A stretch of DNA of 64,000 nucleotides from contig OZ255836.1 of the NCBI GenBank assembly GCA_965277715.1, forward strand, positions 1,088,001-1,152,000. The letters are read 5' to 3'. This document shows positions 29,840-38,775 of this stretch, in pieces; position 1 is the stretch's first letter, and every line of letters starts with the position of its first letter. The position numbers and the translations under genes are program-made. This stretch comes from Gammaproteobacteria bacterium (GTDB lineage Bacteria > Pseudomonadota > Gammaproteobacteria > JBCCGL01). The notes below the pieces were generated by a model. The model worked only from the letters and a program-made list of their open reading frames with translations, made no database searches and was not told where the DNA came from.

Positions 29840-30915
29840 CCTGCCATTCAGATCGCCAAAATAGTATCCGTTTAATCAAAGAGGCCGTTGTCGCTGGCGC
29901 TACATTAAGTAAAGCGTGCAAAGTGCTTGAGTTACACCCTAAGACGTACCGACGCTGGGCAAACGCGGGTACTGTCCGTGCTGATGGCAGACCCAGCGCT
30001 CATCGACAGGCGCCTAGTAATAAGTTCACAGCAGAAGAGCGGGCATTGATCGTCACCACTTGTAATGAAGCGAAATACCAAGCGCTACCCCCCTCGCAAA
30101 TTGTGCCCAAATTGGCGGATGAAGGTGTGTATATTGGGTCAGAGTCAAGCTTCTATCGGGTGTTAAAGTCGGAAAACCAACTGCAGCGGCGAGGTAAGGC
30201 GGCGGCGCCTAAAAAACGGCACAAACCTAACAGCTACCTGGCATCAAGGCCAAACGAGGTGTGGTCTTGGGATATTACCTTTTTGAAATCGAACATAACC
30301 GGGTGGTTTTACCGGCTTTACATGATGATGGATATTTACAGTCGTAAAATTGTTGCCGGGGAAGTGCATGACAGTGAATCGGCTGATCTGGCAGCGGCGC
30401 TGATCCAGCGTGCCTGTTTAGCGGAGGGATGCAGCCAGAGTCAATTGGTATTACACGCGGATAATGGTGGCCCGATGAAAGGTGCTACCATGTTAGCAAA
30501 ACTGCAATGGTTGGGTGTGATACCTTCGTTTAGCAGGCCATCGGTAAGCGATGATAATCCTTATTCAGAAAGTCTGTTTAGAACCTTAAAATACACGCCT
30601 GCCTATCCGTCAAAGCCATTTGATAGTTTAGCCTCTGCGCGAAACTGGGTGCATGGATTTGTGCAATGGTACAACGACTCTCATTGCCATAGCGGCATTG
30701 GGTTTGTGACACCAGCCTCGCGTCATAAAGGCGAAGACCACGCGATACTGGCAGCCAGAAAAGCAGTTTATGAACAAGCAAAGGCCAAACACCCTGAACG
30801 CTGGAGTCAGGATATTAAACACCTCGAACCTGTATCGGGGGTGTGGTTAAACCCGGAAAAGGAAGGCTTGGCCATGAGACAAAAGCATAATGGAATTGAA
30901 AAGCAAGTAACATAG
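29836..30915 (+). CDS. IS3 transposase OrfB (rve DDE)
   Basis: WSWDIT, HADNG, NPYSESLFRTLK; ATGA overlap with orfA. Confidence 0.92.
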   Translation: MTCHSDRQNSIRLIKEAVVAGATLSKACKVLELHPKTYRRWANAGTVRADGRPSAHRQAPSNKFTAEERALIVTTCNEAKYQALPPSQIVPKLADEGVYIGSESSFYRVLKSENQLQRRGKAAAPKKRHKPNSYLASRPNEVWSWDITFLKSNITGWFYRLYMMMDIYSRKIVAGEVHDSESADLAAALIQRACLAEGCSQSQLVLHADNGGPMKGATMLAKLQWLGVIPSFSRPSVSDDNPYSESLFRTLKYTPAYPSKPFDSLASARNWVHGFVQWYNDSHCHSGIGFVTPASRHKGEDHAILAARKAVYEQAKAKHPERWSQDIKHLEPVSGVWLNPEKEGLAMRQKHNGIEKQVT

Positions 30916-30938
30916 TAAAATGGACAACTACCTTGACA

Positions 30939-31206
30939 AACACCGCCTTCATCGTTAGCGGCTTTGTAGCGATAAAAGGTATCGCGTGATAAGCCCATCA
31001 TTTTGCAGGCTTTCGATACGTTTCCAAGCTCTTCGGCCAAATTCAATAGACCAACTTTATGTTTAATGACTTTGTCATTAGTATGAATCATGAGAGTTAC
31101 CTTTAACATTTTGATTGATGTTAGCAATCACATCAAAACGGGTAACTCTCATTAAATCAAGCTTACTGGATTTAATGAAGTGTCAGATCGGGTCTAAACT
31201 TCTACA
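30939..31206 (-). mobile_element. IS481-family remnant (left end plus first ~50 codons)
   Basis: MIHTNDKVIKHKVGLLNLAEELGNVSKACKMMGLSRDTFYRYK; end TGTAGAAGTTTAGACCCGATCTGACA at 31206-31181; cut at the IS3 right IR. Confidence 0.85.
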
Positions 31207-31301
31207 GCTAATGGCTATTTATCACCTGTGGATTATGAGCTATCTAAAAAGATCGCTTAAACATGTGTCCGATAATGTGTTGACAATGTGTTGACACATC
31301 A
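31207..31301 (+). mobile_element. 3' remnant of a second IS3-family element (copy 1)
   Basis: Encodes ANGYLSPVDYELSKKIA-stop (OrfB C-terminus type), then an end reading ...TTGACACATCA; 11-bp tandem duplication AATGTGTTGAC at 31274-31295. Confidence 0.7.
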
Positions 31302-31539
31302 AACTGCCAATACTCACCTCGTTTGTACACACAAGCTTCGTCAAATATTGCTATTTCGCCTTCAGCAAAGTTTTGTTTTTTTAAATGCCAAGTTTGCTCG
31401 CAGAGTTACTATTATTTTCAGTAGTCAAACGTTTGTGCAACATTCTGTGTAACTGCACGAGAAAACTTCAATTAAATCAATGATTGATTTTTTATGTGAA
31501 ACAAATGTGTAAGTTAAATATCTATAACTTAAATAATAA

Positions 31540-32858
31540 GGTTCTTCCCCGATTATTGTGAAGCCACCGGTTCCATATCCAGCTTTCCGCAGTAAAACAA
31601 AATACTCCGCCGGTAACTTTCAAACGAACGAAACCCTCTTGCATTCGATTTGACTGTCTGAATTTTTGAATTCAAACCCTCTGACACGGCATTACTTATT
31701 GTGTGCTTAAACCATGTCAATATGTTCGGCATGTGCGTTTTTATCATCTTGGCCACTTTCTTTATGCTGTCCAATCGGCACCGAATTGCCCACGCATACC
31801 ATGCGCTAAAGAAACGCTTTGCCCAACCCGCTGTCTTATACGTCCAAAAATCACGAAACAGTTCTTTTATCGCCCAGGCTCGGGCTGTCAATAACTGATC
31901 ATGCTTGAGTGACTCAAAGTGCTCGGCTGCTTTGTCAGACAAATTTTCTTCGTTTTTTAACCAGTGATAACGACTCTTTTTCAATCGAGTATCACCTTGT
32001 GACAAAAGGTCTCTATGTTCGTCACGACGGACCTGATCCACCGCCTTATTCAGGTGTTGGCTAATATGAAAACGGTCGTGAACAATCGCACTGTCTGACA
32101 GTTTTACCTCAACGGCATTAATGAACGCAGGCCACATATCAATCGCGACAGCTTTCACCTGTTCTCGCTGGTTATCCGTCAGCGCAACCTCCAACGCCTC
32201 CTCACAAGCTGCCTGGGTGCGATCTTTCACTACATCCAACACTCGCCCTCCATCGATATCATTGATGAGCGTCACATAATCATGCCCTTTACGGTGGGAC
32301 TTCTCATCAATACCCAGGTACTCAATTGTCACCGATTCCCGACGCGAAAGTCCCCGTTCGACAGCGCGGGCTTTGATGGCTTCCACTGCGTTCCAGCTAA
32401 GTCCCAGTAACTTACGCGCCTCTTCGACGCTACGTGAGGCTTGTAACACCCTGATGGAAAATAATTCAAACAACAACGTAAAACGACTGCTCTTGCTTGC
32501 CCAGGGTAACATCATACTTTTAACACCATGCTCCAGACAATTTACTCGGGGAATGCGACTGTGTAGGCGCGTTTCAAATTGCATAGTATCCAAGTGTCTC
32601 CAGGATCGCTCTTGTGAACGGTGATCATAGAACGGACTCACTTCTCCACAGTGCGAGCAAGGGCCGTGGTTGCCGATAAACGCCAACGAAATGGATACTT
32701 TTAACCCCGAAGGGTCTAAATCAACTGACACCACTGACCAGTCATCTGTCAGGCATAGGAGCTGGCTGTAGTGTTCTTCAAGGCTCGATAGCACCGGAGT
32801 CTCTCAATAGCAAAGGGGGGATGAAATACTATAACCTCACACAAACCGGGGAAGAACC
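31540..32858 (-). mobile_element. ISL3-family insertion sequence, intact (1319 bp)
   Basis: IRs GGTTCTTCCCCG at both ends; 8-bp target duplication AATAATAA at 31532-31539 and 32859-32866. Confidence 0.96.
31553..32794 (-). CDS. ISL3 transposase
   Basis: CSHC zinc finger, LGIDEK, AIDMW, DRFH, EGLNSKIQ. Confidence 0.95.
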   Translation of the reverse strand: MLSSLEEHYSQLLCLTDDWSVVSVDLDPSGLKVSISLAFIGNHGPCSHCGEVSPFYDHRSQERSWRHLDTMQFETRLHSRIPRVNCLEHGVKSMMLPWASKSSRFTLLFELFSIRVLQASRSVEEARKLLGLSWNAVEAIKARAVERGLSRRESVTIEYLGIDEKSHRKGHDYVTLINDIDGGRVLDVVKDRTQAACEEALEVALTDNQREQVKAVAIDMWPAFINAVEVKLSDSAIVHDRFHISQHLNKAVDQVRRDEHRDLLSQGDTRLKKSRYHWLKNEENLSDKAAEHFESLKHDQLLTARAWAIKELFRDFWTYKTAGWAKRFFSAWYAWAIRCRLDSIKKVAKMIKTHMPNILTWFKHTISNAVSEGLNSKIQTVKSNARGFRSFESYRRSILFYCGKLDMEPVASQ

Positions 32859-33089
32859 AATAATAATAACTACTCCCATTCAGTAGTAACGTATATTTAA
32901 TATCAATATAAATCAATAATTTATCACCACCTCATAGTCCATGTGTAACAAGTGTGTAACTCACCAACCACTTTGCACGTTTTTTCTACGCTTGTGCGAC
33001 TATTGCAATTCAATAGTTTACGCACTCTCAACTTGCACAGTGTAAGACGAAGAACGTGCTTAATCCATACACGTTCTTCAGTTCTTTCG

Positions 33090-33515
33090 TTCTTTTGTGT
33101 CACACGTCTGCCAAACTGCGCTTGCTGTTCTATTAGTGCATCTAACTCCCCTAGTTCAGCAGCTTCACGTACCTTAGCAAGCACCTCAGTAACCTCAGCT
33201 TCGCTTGTTAGCTCGATTGCATTCTTACCTTTAGCAAAACTCTAAAGGCTTGCTTCCGTAGCGCACTACAAGGTTAATTCTGCCGTTTACACTAGCACTC
33301 CACCAACGCTTAACACGTTTAGCAACTTCCACTTTGCGTTAGTTACCGTATTCATCAGTAACCCACTTATATTGCGTAGGGGTGTAGTCTTTATTTGTAG
33401 CAAGTTGGATTTGTTCATCTAACTTTGTAATCAGCTTGCGACGACGAACTGCGATAGGGTTATTGTTTTGAAGTGGACTAAAAGCAACAAAATTTAGTGT
33501 ATCAAGTATAGTCAT
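33090..33515 (-). pseudogene. Decayed gene, DUF6641-like (tentative family)
   Basis: AGGAGG plus ATG at 33515; MTILDTLNF..RRRKLITKLDEQI..RVKRWW..VRYGSKPLEF/AKGKNAIE..GELDALIE; in-frame TAA at 33339-33341 and an extra T at about 33237; 3' end approximate. Confidence 0.7.
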
Positions 33516-33577
33516 AACAGCCTCCTAGTTAGCTAAAAGTATTTTGCTTTCAGTGTTTGGTGACTGTCATCCGAAGA

Positions 33578-34447
33578 TTAATCGACATTATTTTTCATAC
33601 TAACGTCTATAATTGGTACATCACTCCAATTTACTCTAGTTACAGCCGTTCGCACATCTATAAAATCAAGTTCATATAATATCTTTCGTAGTTTTCTCTC
33701 AGCGCCCTTCAATCCAACGTAACTCTTAAACCTTCTAGAATATGATAAGTTGTGAATGATAGGTTGATTAGGATCAAAGTCGCGTGGATGAAAATAAGTC
33801 ATAACATATTCTGAATCCTTAAACAGTTTTGCTAATAAAAAATATGGAAACAAACGAAAGTATCCTCCACCAGAAAATACGACAGAGTTGCCTAAAATTG
33901 GCTTTGTGTTAAGTGGAAACTCTCTTAGGAAACCACTGGAGGTCTTTATAAGACAAGGCTTATCAGATTTAAATTGTGGCAAACCTCCGTGCCCACGCGC
34001 AGCAGGAAAAACAGAGCAATCCACTTCAAATCCTTCTTCTGAAAGGATATCAAATGCCCATAAACTGTCGTTCGTAAGAGAAAAACCAGGGATGCGATAT
34101 GCAGTAACTTCTACGCCAGTAGCAGAAGAAATCTGATCCTTGGCTTTCAGTAGGTCAGCCCTAAATTCGGCTGGAGTTTGATTATAGGCGAGCTGATGAC
34201 GACTTGAATGACACGCTATTTCGTAGCCTTGCTCTGCTATTTTAGCTATCATTTGGGGATATTTTTCCGCAATCCAACCCAGACAAAAGAACGTAGCATT
34301 TACATTATTTTCAGTGGTAATGGTTAAAACACGCTCGAGGTTACTTTCAAATCGCGATTCAAAGCTCAGCCATTGCTTCTCAGTGCGAGTTTCGGGATGA
34401 TCTAACAAATGAAACCATTCCTCTATGTCAAAGGTTAGAATATGCAT
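33578..34447 (-). CDS. Polysaccharide deacetylase (CE4, DUF3473-type)
   Basis: LTFDIEEWF, ATFFCLGW, ACHSSRH, GGGYFR, YFHPRDFD. Confidence 0.9.
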   Translation of the reverse strand: MHILTFDIEEWFHLLDHPETRTEKQWLSFESRFESNLERVLTITTENNVNATFFCLGWIAEKYPQMIAKIAEQGYEIACHSSRHQLAYNQTPAEFRADLLKAKDQISSATGVEVTAYRIPGFSLTNDSLWAFDILSEEGFEVDCSVFPAARGHGGLPQFKSDKPCLIKTSSGFLREFPLNTKPILGNSVVFSGGGYFRLFPYFLLAKLFKDSEYVMTYFHPRDFDPNQPIIHNLSYSRRFKSYVGLKGAERKLRKILYELDFIDVRTAVTRVNWSDVPIIDVSMKNNVD

Positions 34448-35208
34448 TAGAAAAACCTCCCTCCAGCTTGTTTGAATTCTTTCACGTCCTGTTTGCTGGG
34501 AAATGAAAAATAGCTAGATTCGTCATCATTGTTTTCTACTACTGTCGCTTTGTTGGATCGAATAAGTTCAAGCGCCTCAACTACTGCTTCGATCCCCAGA
34601 AATTTTGTTATCTCGATTAACTTCCATTGTGCTAAACCTCCTAACCGAAGTTTCTTTTGTACAATGATTGGCCCAGAGTCAATTCCTTCATCAACAAAGA
34701 AAACAGAAACTCCAGTTTGTTTTTCGTTATTTTTTAGAACCCAAAACGAAGGCATTAGTCCGCGATACCTTGGGAGCAATGCAGTGTGCAAATTAATTAT
34801 TCCATAATGAGGTATGTTTATAAGTTTCTTTTTAAAAATCTCATTTCCCGTTATAGATATAAATAAATCTGCGTCCAAATTTGATAGGGTGTTTAGAGAT
34901 TGCTTTGAGTTAATTGATCCATTTAATTTTATAATTCGGATTTGATTTCTTTTTAATATGCTCAGAACGTCTACACCAGTTAACTTACTCTTAATAACAT
35001 TAAGCCCGTATCGAAATACAAAATTTAATCCAAATGTATGCAGTGTTTTTTTTACTTTTTTGGCGAATGTTATCTGACTGCCAAATGGAGATGCTTCAGA
35101 AACGACTGCGCCTACCACCTCAAATGATGGATCAAGTCGTCTCAATAGGTAATCGATAAATTTAGGTAGAAACATTTTTTCATTTTGAGTTATTAGCACT
35201 AACTTCAT
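34447..35208 (-). CDS. Formyltransferase (Fmt-like, probably acting on a sugar nucleotide or glycan)
   Basis: INLHTALLPRYRGLMP, DEGIDSGPII; lacks the Fmt C-terminal domain; TAATG overlap with deacetylase. Confidence 0.85.
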   Translation of the reverse strand: MKLVLITQNEKMFLPKFIDYLLRRLDPSFEVVGAVVSEASPFGSQITFAKKVKKTLHTFGLNFVFRYGLNVIKSKLTGVDVLSILKRNQIRIIKLNGSINSKQSLNTLSNLDADLFISITGNEIFKKKLINIPHYGIINLHTALLPRYRGLMPSFWVLKNNEKQTGVSVFFVDEGIDSGPIIVQKKLRLGGLAQWKLIEITKFLGIEAVVEALELIRSNKATVVENNDDESSYFSFPSKQDVKEFKQAGGRFF

Positions 35209-35381
35209 TGCTTCTTTCTACCTTCAGCTAGCGAACCTTTGAGCATCCCAGCCGTAAAGCCAAACTCTTTGCAAAGGCGCTTTACTTCTTTCAATGCGTT
35301 AGCACGTTCGTTCTTCTTAGCTTCAACCATCTGCCGCTGAATTGCTTCCATTTCAGCTTTCAATTCGTCATAAGATTTCAT
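35205..35381 (-). CDS. 58-aa H-NS-like N-terminal (oligomerisation-only) protein, not in the ORF track
   Basis: GGAGG RBS; MKSYDELKAEMEAIQRQMVEAKKNERANALKEVKRLCKEFGFTAGMLKGSLAEGRKKQ; TGA overlaps the formyltransferase ATG (ATGA). Confidence 0.7.
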   Translation of the reverse strand: MKSYDELKAEMEAIQRQMVEAKKNERANALKEVKRLCKEFGFTAGMLKGSLAEGRKKQ

Positions 35382-35575
35382 CTCATACCTCCATCGGTTA
35401 AGTGTCAGTCTTATATTATAGGTTTGTTAAGCGGATGAACAGCACGTTTTTTCTACGTCTGCTGTAACAAGCTGTATAAAGGGGAAAGTATTTGCAAAGC
35501 GTCTCACTATGCCAGTCAGTCATAGTGTCAACTATACAGTCAAATAGCTATAAACCGTGCACTTTTGACTGGTTT

Positions 35576-35862
35576 TCAGCGTTTGTCTCTGTCGTCTTGT
35601 TGATTTGGTAACGGTGGCTGTGGACGTATAAGCGTAAAGTCAGTTCGTTCTGTGTCTTTTGGTGTCGTTTGCTGCTGTGGTTCTTGCTTGATTACCCTAG
35701 TCTTAGGAGCGGCTACAGTGCGTGTCACTGTCTTTGTTTCTGGTTTTGTCATCTTCTTAACTAATGCTACGACGCTGCTACTTGTGCCAAGCATCAACTC
35801 TAATGCAGCCCACTTTGTTTCGTCGTCAACACGTTCTATTTCGCTGCTTATCACGTTCAATG
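35576..35862 (-). pseudogene. 3' fragment of an unknown gene, 5' end replaced by an IS3 end
   Basis: Open frame with protein-like composition begins right at the IS3 remnant end with no RBS or ATG. Confidence 0.4.
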
Positions 35863-35928
35863 TGATGTGTCAATACATTATCGGACACATATTTAAGCGA
35901 TCTTTTTAGACAGTTCATAATCCACGGG
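35863..35928 (-). mobile_element. 3' remnant of the second IS3-family element (copy 2, inverted)
   Basis: Reverse complement GTGGATTATGAACTGTCTAAAAAGATCGCTTAAATATGTGTCCGATAATGTATTGACACATCA closely matches about 31228-31301. Confidence 0.85.
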
Positions 35929-37050
35929 CTCTGTACAGGACAATTATTATAACAATAAGAGGTCGATTTTTAATTGCCTAAAAGATTGAAGCAGCATTTG
36001 CCACTGCAACTGTTGTTCCCCTATGTTCAAAACAACCCGGAAAACCGTTTCCAATCCTAACCGAAAAACACTTTTACTAGGATGGCCATGATTTTTCTTT
36101 TTGATGGGTGTGGTTTTTTGCTGTTCATGGCCAATCTGATAACACCAACAAAATGTTAAACTCACCAATACCAGTAGTTTTTCAACCCTATCAGGTTTCG
36201 TTAAATGTGTCTTTTCCATATCGAACCCTCGACCTTTTAATGCCTGGAATAAACGCTCTATTTGCCAGCGCTGCTGATACTCAACTAATGCATTATGGGC
36301 GCACCTATCGCTCGCAATAATCACATGTTCCTGACGAGAACGAAAACACGGTAAATAGACGCTCTCTCCCCAAACAGATCGAGCGTCTGTCAATGCACAG
36401 GTTTGTGCTACACCCAGCAAAAATAGCGCTGATGCCTTCACTTTTTTGCCTTTTTTTGTCCTGACCTGAGTATTGTTAGGAATACGGATAGAAAACGGAA
36501 TATTCTTCTTTTTCAAATACATAATCCATTCTTTACCTCGAAATTCACGGTCAACCAATAAGGCACTGATCGTCTGTACAGGAAAAACAGTCAAATAACG
36601 ATTAACCCGATCAATCCGCTCCTGAGTATGGCTGTTTCCCGCTTTGTCTAAAATAGGGGAACCGCTACATTGTGCCAGTCAATGGAAAGAATCAATAGGT
36701 TTACATGCGTCATACCCAACTTCCAGTGGGTTCGATCAATGCTTACAGTTCAAGGCGGACATTGGGCAATCAACTTAATTAACAACGGGGCAATAGTATC
36801 CGGTTTCAAATCAAAATGACGCAAAAAACGTGGCAAACGTTTATAGGATGAACAAGGTTGCGCTGTTCCGGCGAATCCATCGGCAACACGCATTAAATTG
36901 AGTGACCTTACTTTTCCAAGTGCCAACATAAACTGGGCCAGCAATATCACACGAGCACGGTTCCACTTAAGGTGTGGACGCAGTAAACTTACCAGTTGAT
37001 AAATCTCTTTCATTTTACGTTGCTAGGTCTTGTCGTGAAACTTAGACAAC
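35929..37050 (-). mobile_element. IS4-family (ISAba1-like) element with pseudogenised transposase
   Basis: Terminal CTCTGTACAGGACAA at 35929; transposase 37013-35947 with IDRTHWK, LLVDREF, YQQRWQIERLF; TGA at 36750 and a frameshift at about 36650; other end not found. Confidence 0.85.
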
Positions 37051-37221
37051 AATGACTGGTCATCGAAAGGCAAGTTAATGAACATTTTCCATGCGCTTGT
37101 CGAAGAACCCGATCAAGAATGGGCATTTATTGATGGAAGTATTGTGAAGGCACACCAACATAGCGCAGGGGCTAGAGGGCGTGAAAATCAAGCCATTGGC
37201 AACAGTCGAGGCGGGAAAACG
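37051..37221 (+). pseudogene. IS5-family transposase internal fragment
   Basis: WSSKG..DQEWAFIDGSIVKAHQHSAGA..AIGNSRGGKT; ends 5 bp from the HAD stop. Confidence 0.8.
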
Positions 37222-37226
37222 CAGAT

Positions 37227-37925
37227 TTACCCGATGGGAGGAAACAATACTAAATCAGGCAAGCCAGCCAAATCCCTCAATTCCGCATCCGCCTTCCCCG
37301 GTAACCGCTCAACACGTTGGGAAAAGCGATTCACCCACGCCACGGTCATACCAAAATGGCTGGCACCTGCGGCATCCCAGGCGTTTGACGATTGAAACGA
37401 AATCGATTCCGGGGCAATGCCCAAGCGATCTACAGCCAGTTGGTATATGCGCCTGTCCGGTTTGAAGATACCCACTTCATCCACCGATAAACACGCATCC
37501 AATAATTCGCCAATGCCCGAGTGGTTGACGGCGGCCTCGATCATATGGGGGGAACCATTGGTCAAGATGGCCGTGCGCATCCCCGCTTCGCGCAAGCGCT
37601 TTAGCATGGGAATCACTTCCGGATAAGTGTCGAGCGCCAGGTAAGCCTGCAACAGATCATCACGCAGGGCGGCATCGCCGATGCCAACTGTTTCCAGCGC
37701 AAAGTCCAGGCCATCCTGTGTCACTTGCCAAAACCCAGTGTAGGCGCCCATCAGGCTACGCAGCCAGGTGTATTCGAGCTGTTTGGTACGCCACAGTGCA
37801 GAGAGGCTGTCCGCTTTGCCTCCCATGCGCTGGCGGTGTTTACCCACGGCTGAGTGAACATCAAATAAAGTGCCATAAGCGTCAAATACACAAGCCTGGA
37901 TATTATCGAATTTACCGTTATTCAT
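37227..37925 (-). CDS. Haloacid dehalogenase, type II
   Basis: FDAYGTLFD, WRTKQLEYTW, LTNG, FKP, SSNAWD. Confidence 0.93.
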   Translation of the reverse strand: MNNGKFDNIQACVFDAYGTLFDVHSAVGKHRQRMGGKADSLSALWRTKQLEYTWLRSLMGAYTGFWQVTQDGLDFALETVGIGDAALRDDLLQAYLALDTYPEVIPMLKRLREAGMRTAILTNGSPHMIEAAVNHSGIGELLDACLSVDEVGIFKPDRRIYQLAVDRLGIAPESISFQSSNAWDAAGASHFGMTVAWVNRFSQRVERLPGKADAELRDLAGLPDLVLFPPIG

Positions 37926-37948
37926 CTGTCGTTCCCGTTTATTGAGGT

Positions 37949-38374
37949 TTATTTAACCGGCGGTATCGAATACGTGGCGGTGACATGCGCCACGCGCTGA
38001 CTATCGCCCGTTGCCGCGCTGTATAAATCCGCTTCGGCAACGGCCAGCCGCTTGCCCAATTTGAGCATGCGCGCCCGCGCCAATACATCGCCCGGTTTCG
38101 GTTTGCGCAAAAAGTTGATATTCAGGTTAGTGGTGACAGCCAGCTCGACGATGCCGATCTGGCTGAGTACCAATGCATAGATCGCCGCATCCGCCAGGCC
38201 CATCATTACCGGGCCTGACACTGTACCACCGGGGCGCAAAAAGTCATCGTTATACACGGCGCGCATCAGCACTTCACCATCGTCGATGGATTCGAGCTGC
38301 AAGCCCATTACGCGGGCAAAGGGCATGGTCTCTTCGGCAAGAAGGTTATATTGTTCGATAGTAATAGCAGGCAT
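37949..38374 (-). CDS. PaaI-family hotdog thioesterase
   Basis: RPGGTVSGP..LAD, TTNLNINFLRK; ATG at 38374. Confidence 0.88.
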   Translation of the reverse strand: MPAITIEQYNLLAEETMPFARVMGLQLESIDDGEVLMRAVYNDDFLRPGGTVSGPVMMGLADAAIYALVLSQIGIVELAVTTNLNINFLRKPKPGDVLARARMLKLGKRLAVAEADLYSAATGDSQRVAHVTATYSIPPVK

Positions 38375-38775
38375 TGTGGTCTCAATGGGCTTAACCAGTG
38401 GCTTATCATAACAAGCAATCAAACTTGACAGTGGAGAACCCTGACAATTATTCTCAGACGCTGTCAGCCACACAAAAACACCTCATTATGTCTCTACAGT
38501 TAGCGCATAGATCGATCGATGCAGACGAGTGCTGCACGATGCTGGCAACAGGCATAGTGTCTGTCTCCCAAGGAACGCGTAGAGTTAATACAGGGAGAAA
38601 TACCAGACAAGCAAACTGAGCGTACAGTCGACCTCGCGCTCTGTCATAAACGCATCGCTGTCGATACATTGCCCGGTTGATATTCAAGATCAAACACAGC
38701 ACAAAATATCACCCCGCTACCGCGATACTCACTGCATCGATAAACACCCTACCTACTATCTAACGAGTACTCTCT

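Larger units (their letters stand above)
29274..30938 (+). mobile_element. IS3-family insertion sequence, apparently intact (1665 bp)
   Basis: 17-bp terminal IRs TGTCAGGCTAGTTGTCC / GGACAACTACCTTGACA (2 mismatches); orfA and orfB in -1 phase; no target duplication. Confidence 0.92.
31434..33039. repeat. Array of TGTGHAAC-like octamers split by the ISL3 insertion
   Basis: Copies at 31434, 31446, 31495, 31506, 32942, 32953, 32993 and inverted at 33032. Confidence 0.6.

Noticed and set aside
30807-31127. 106-aa ORF as a real gene
   Set aside because: Chimera of the IS481 N-terminus read into the antisense IS3 right end
32924-33184. 86-aa ORF as an independent gene
   Set aside because: It is the distal frame of the pseudogene starting at 33515
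36750-36752. Programmed readthrough or selenocysteine at the TGA in the IS4 transposase
   Set aside because: The position fits a Trp codon mutated to TGA, and a separate frameshift follows, so this is decay
37078-37395. 105-aa ORF
   Set aside because: IS5 fragment running into the antisense strand of the HAD gene
38375-38775. Small ORFs or sRNA in the 400-bp divergent gap
   Set aside because: No RBS-supported ORF with recognisable motifs and no clear structure
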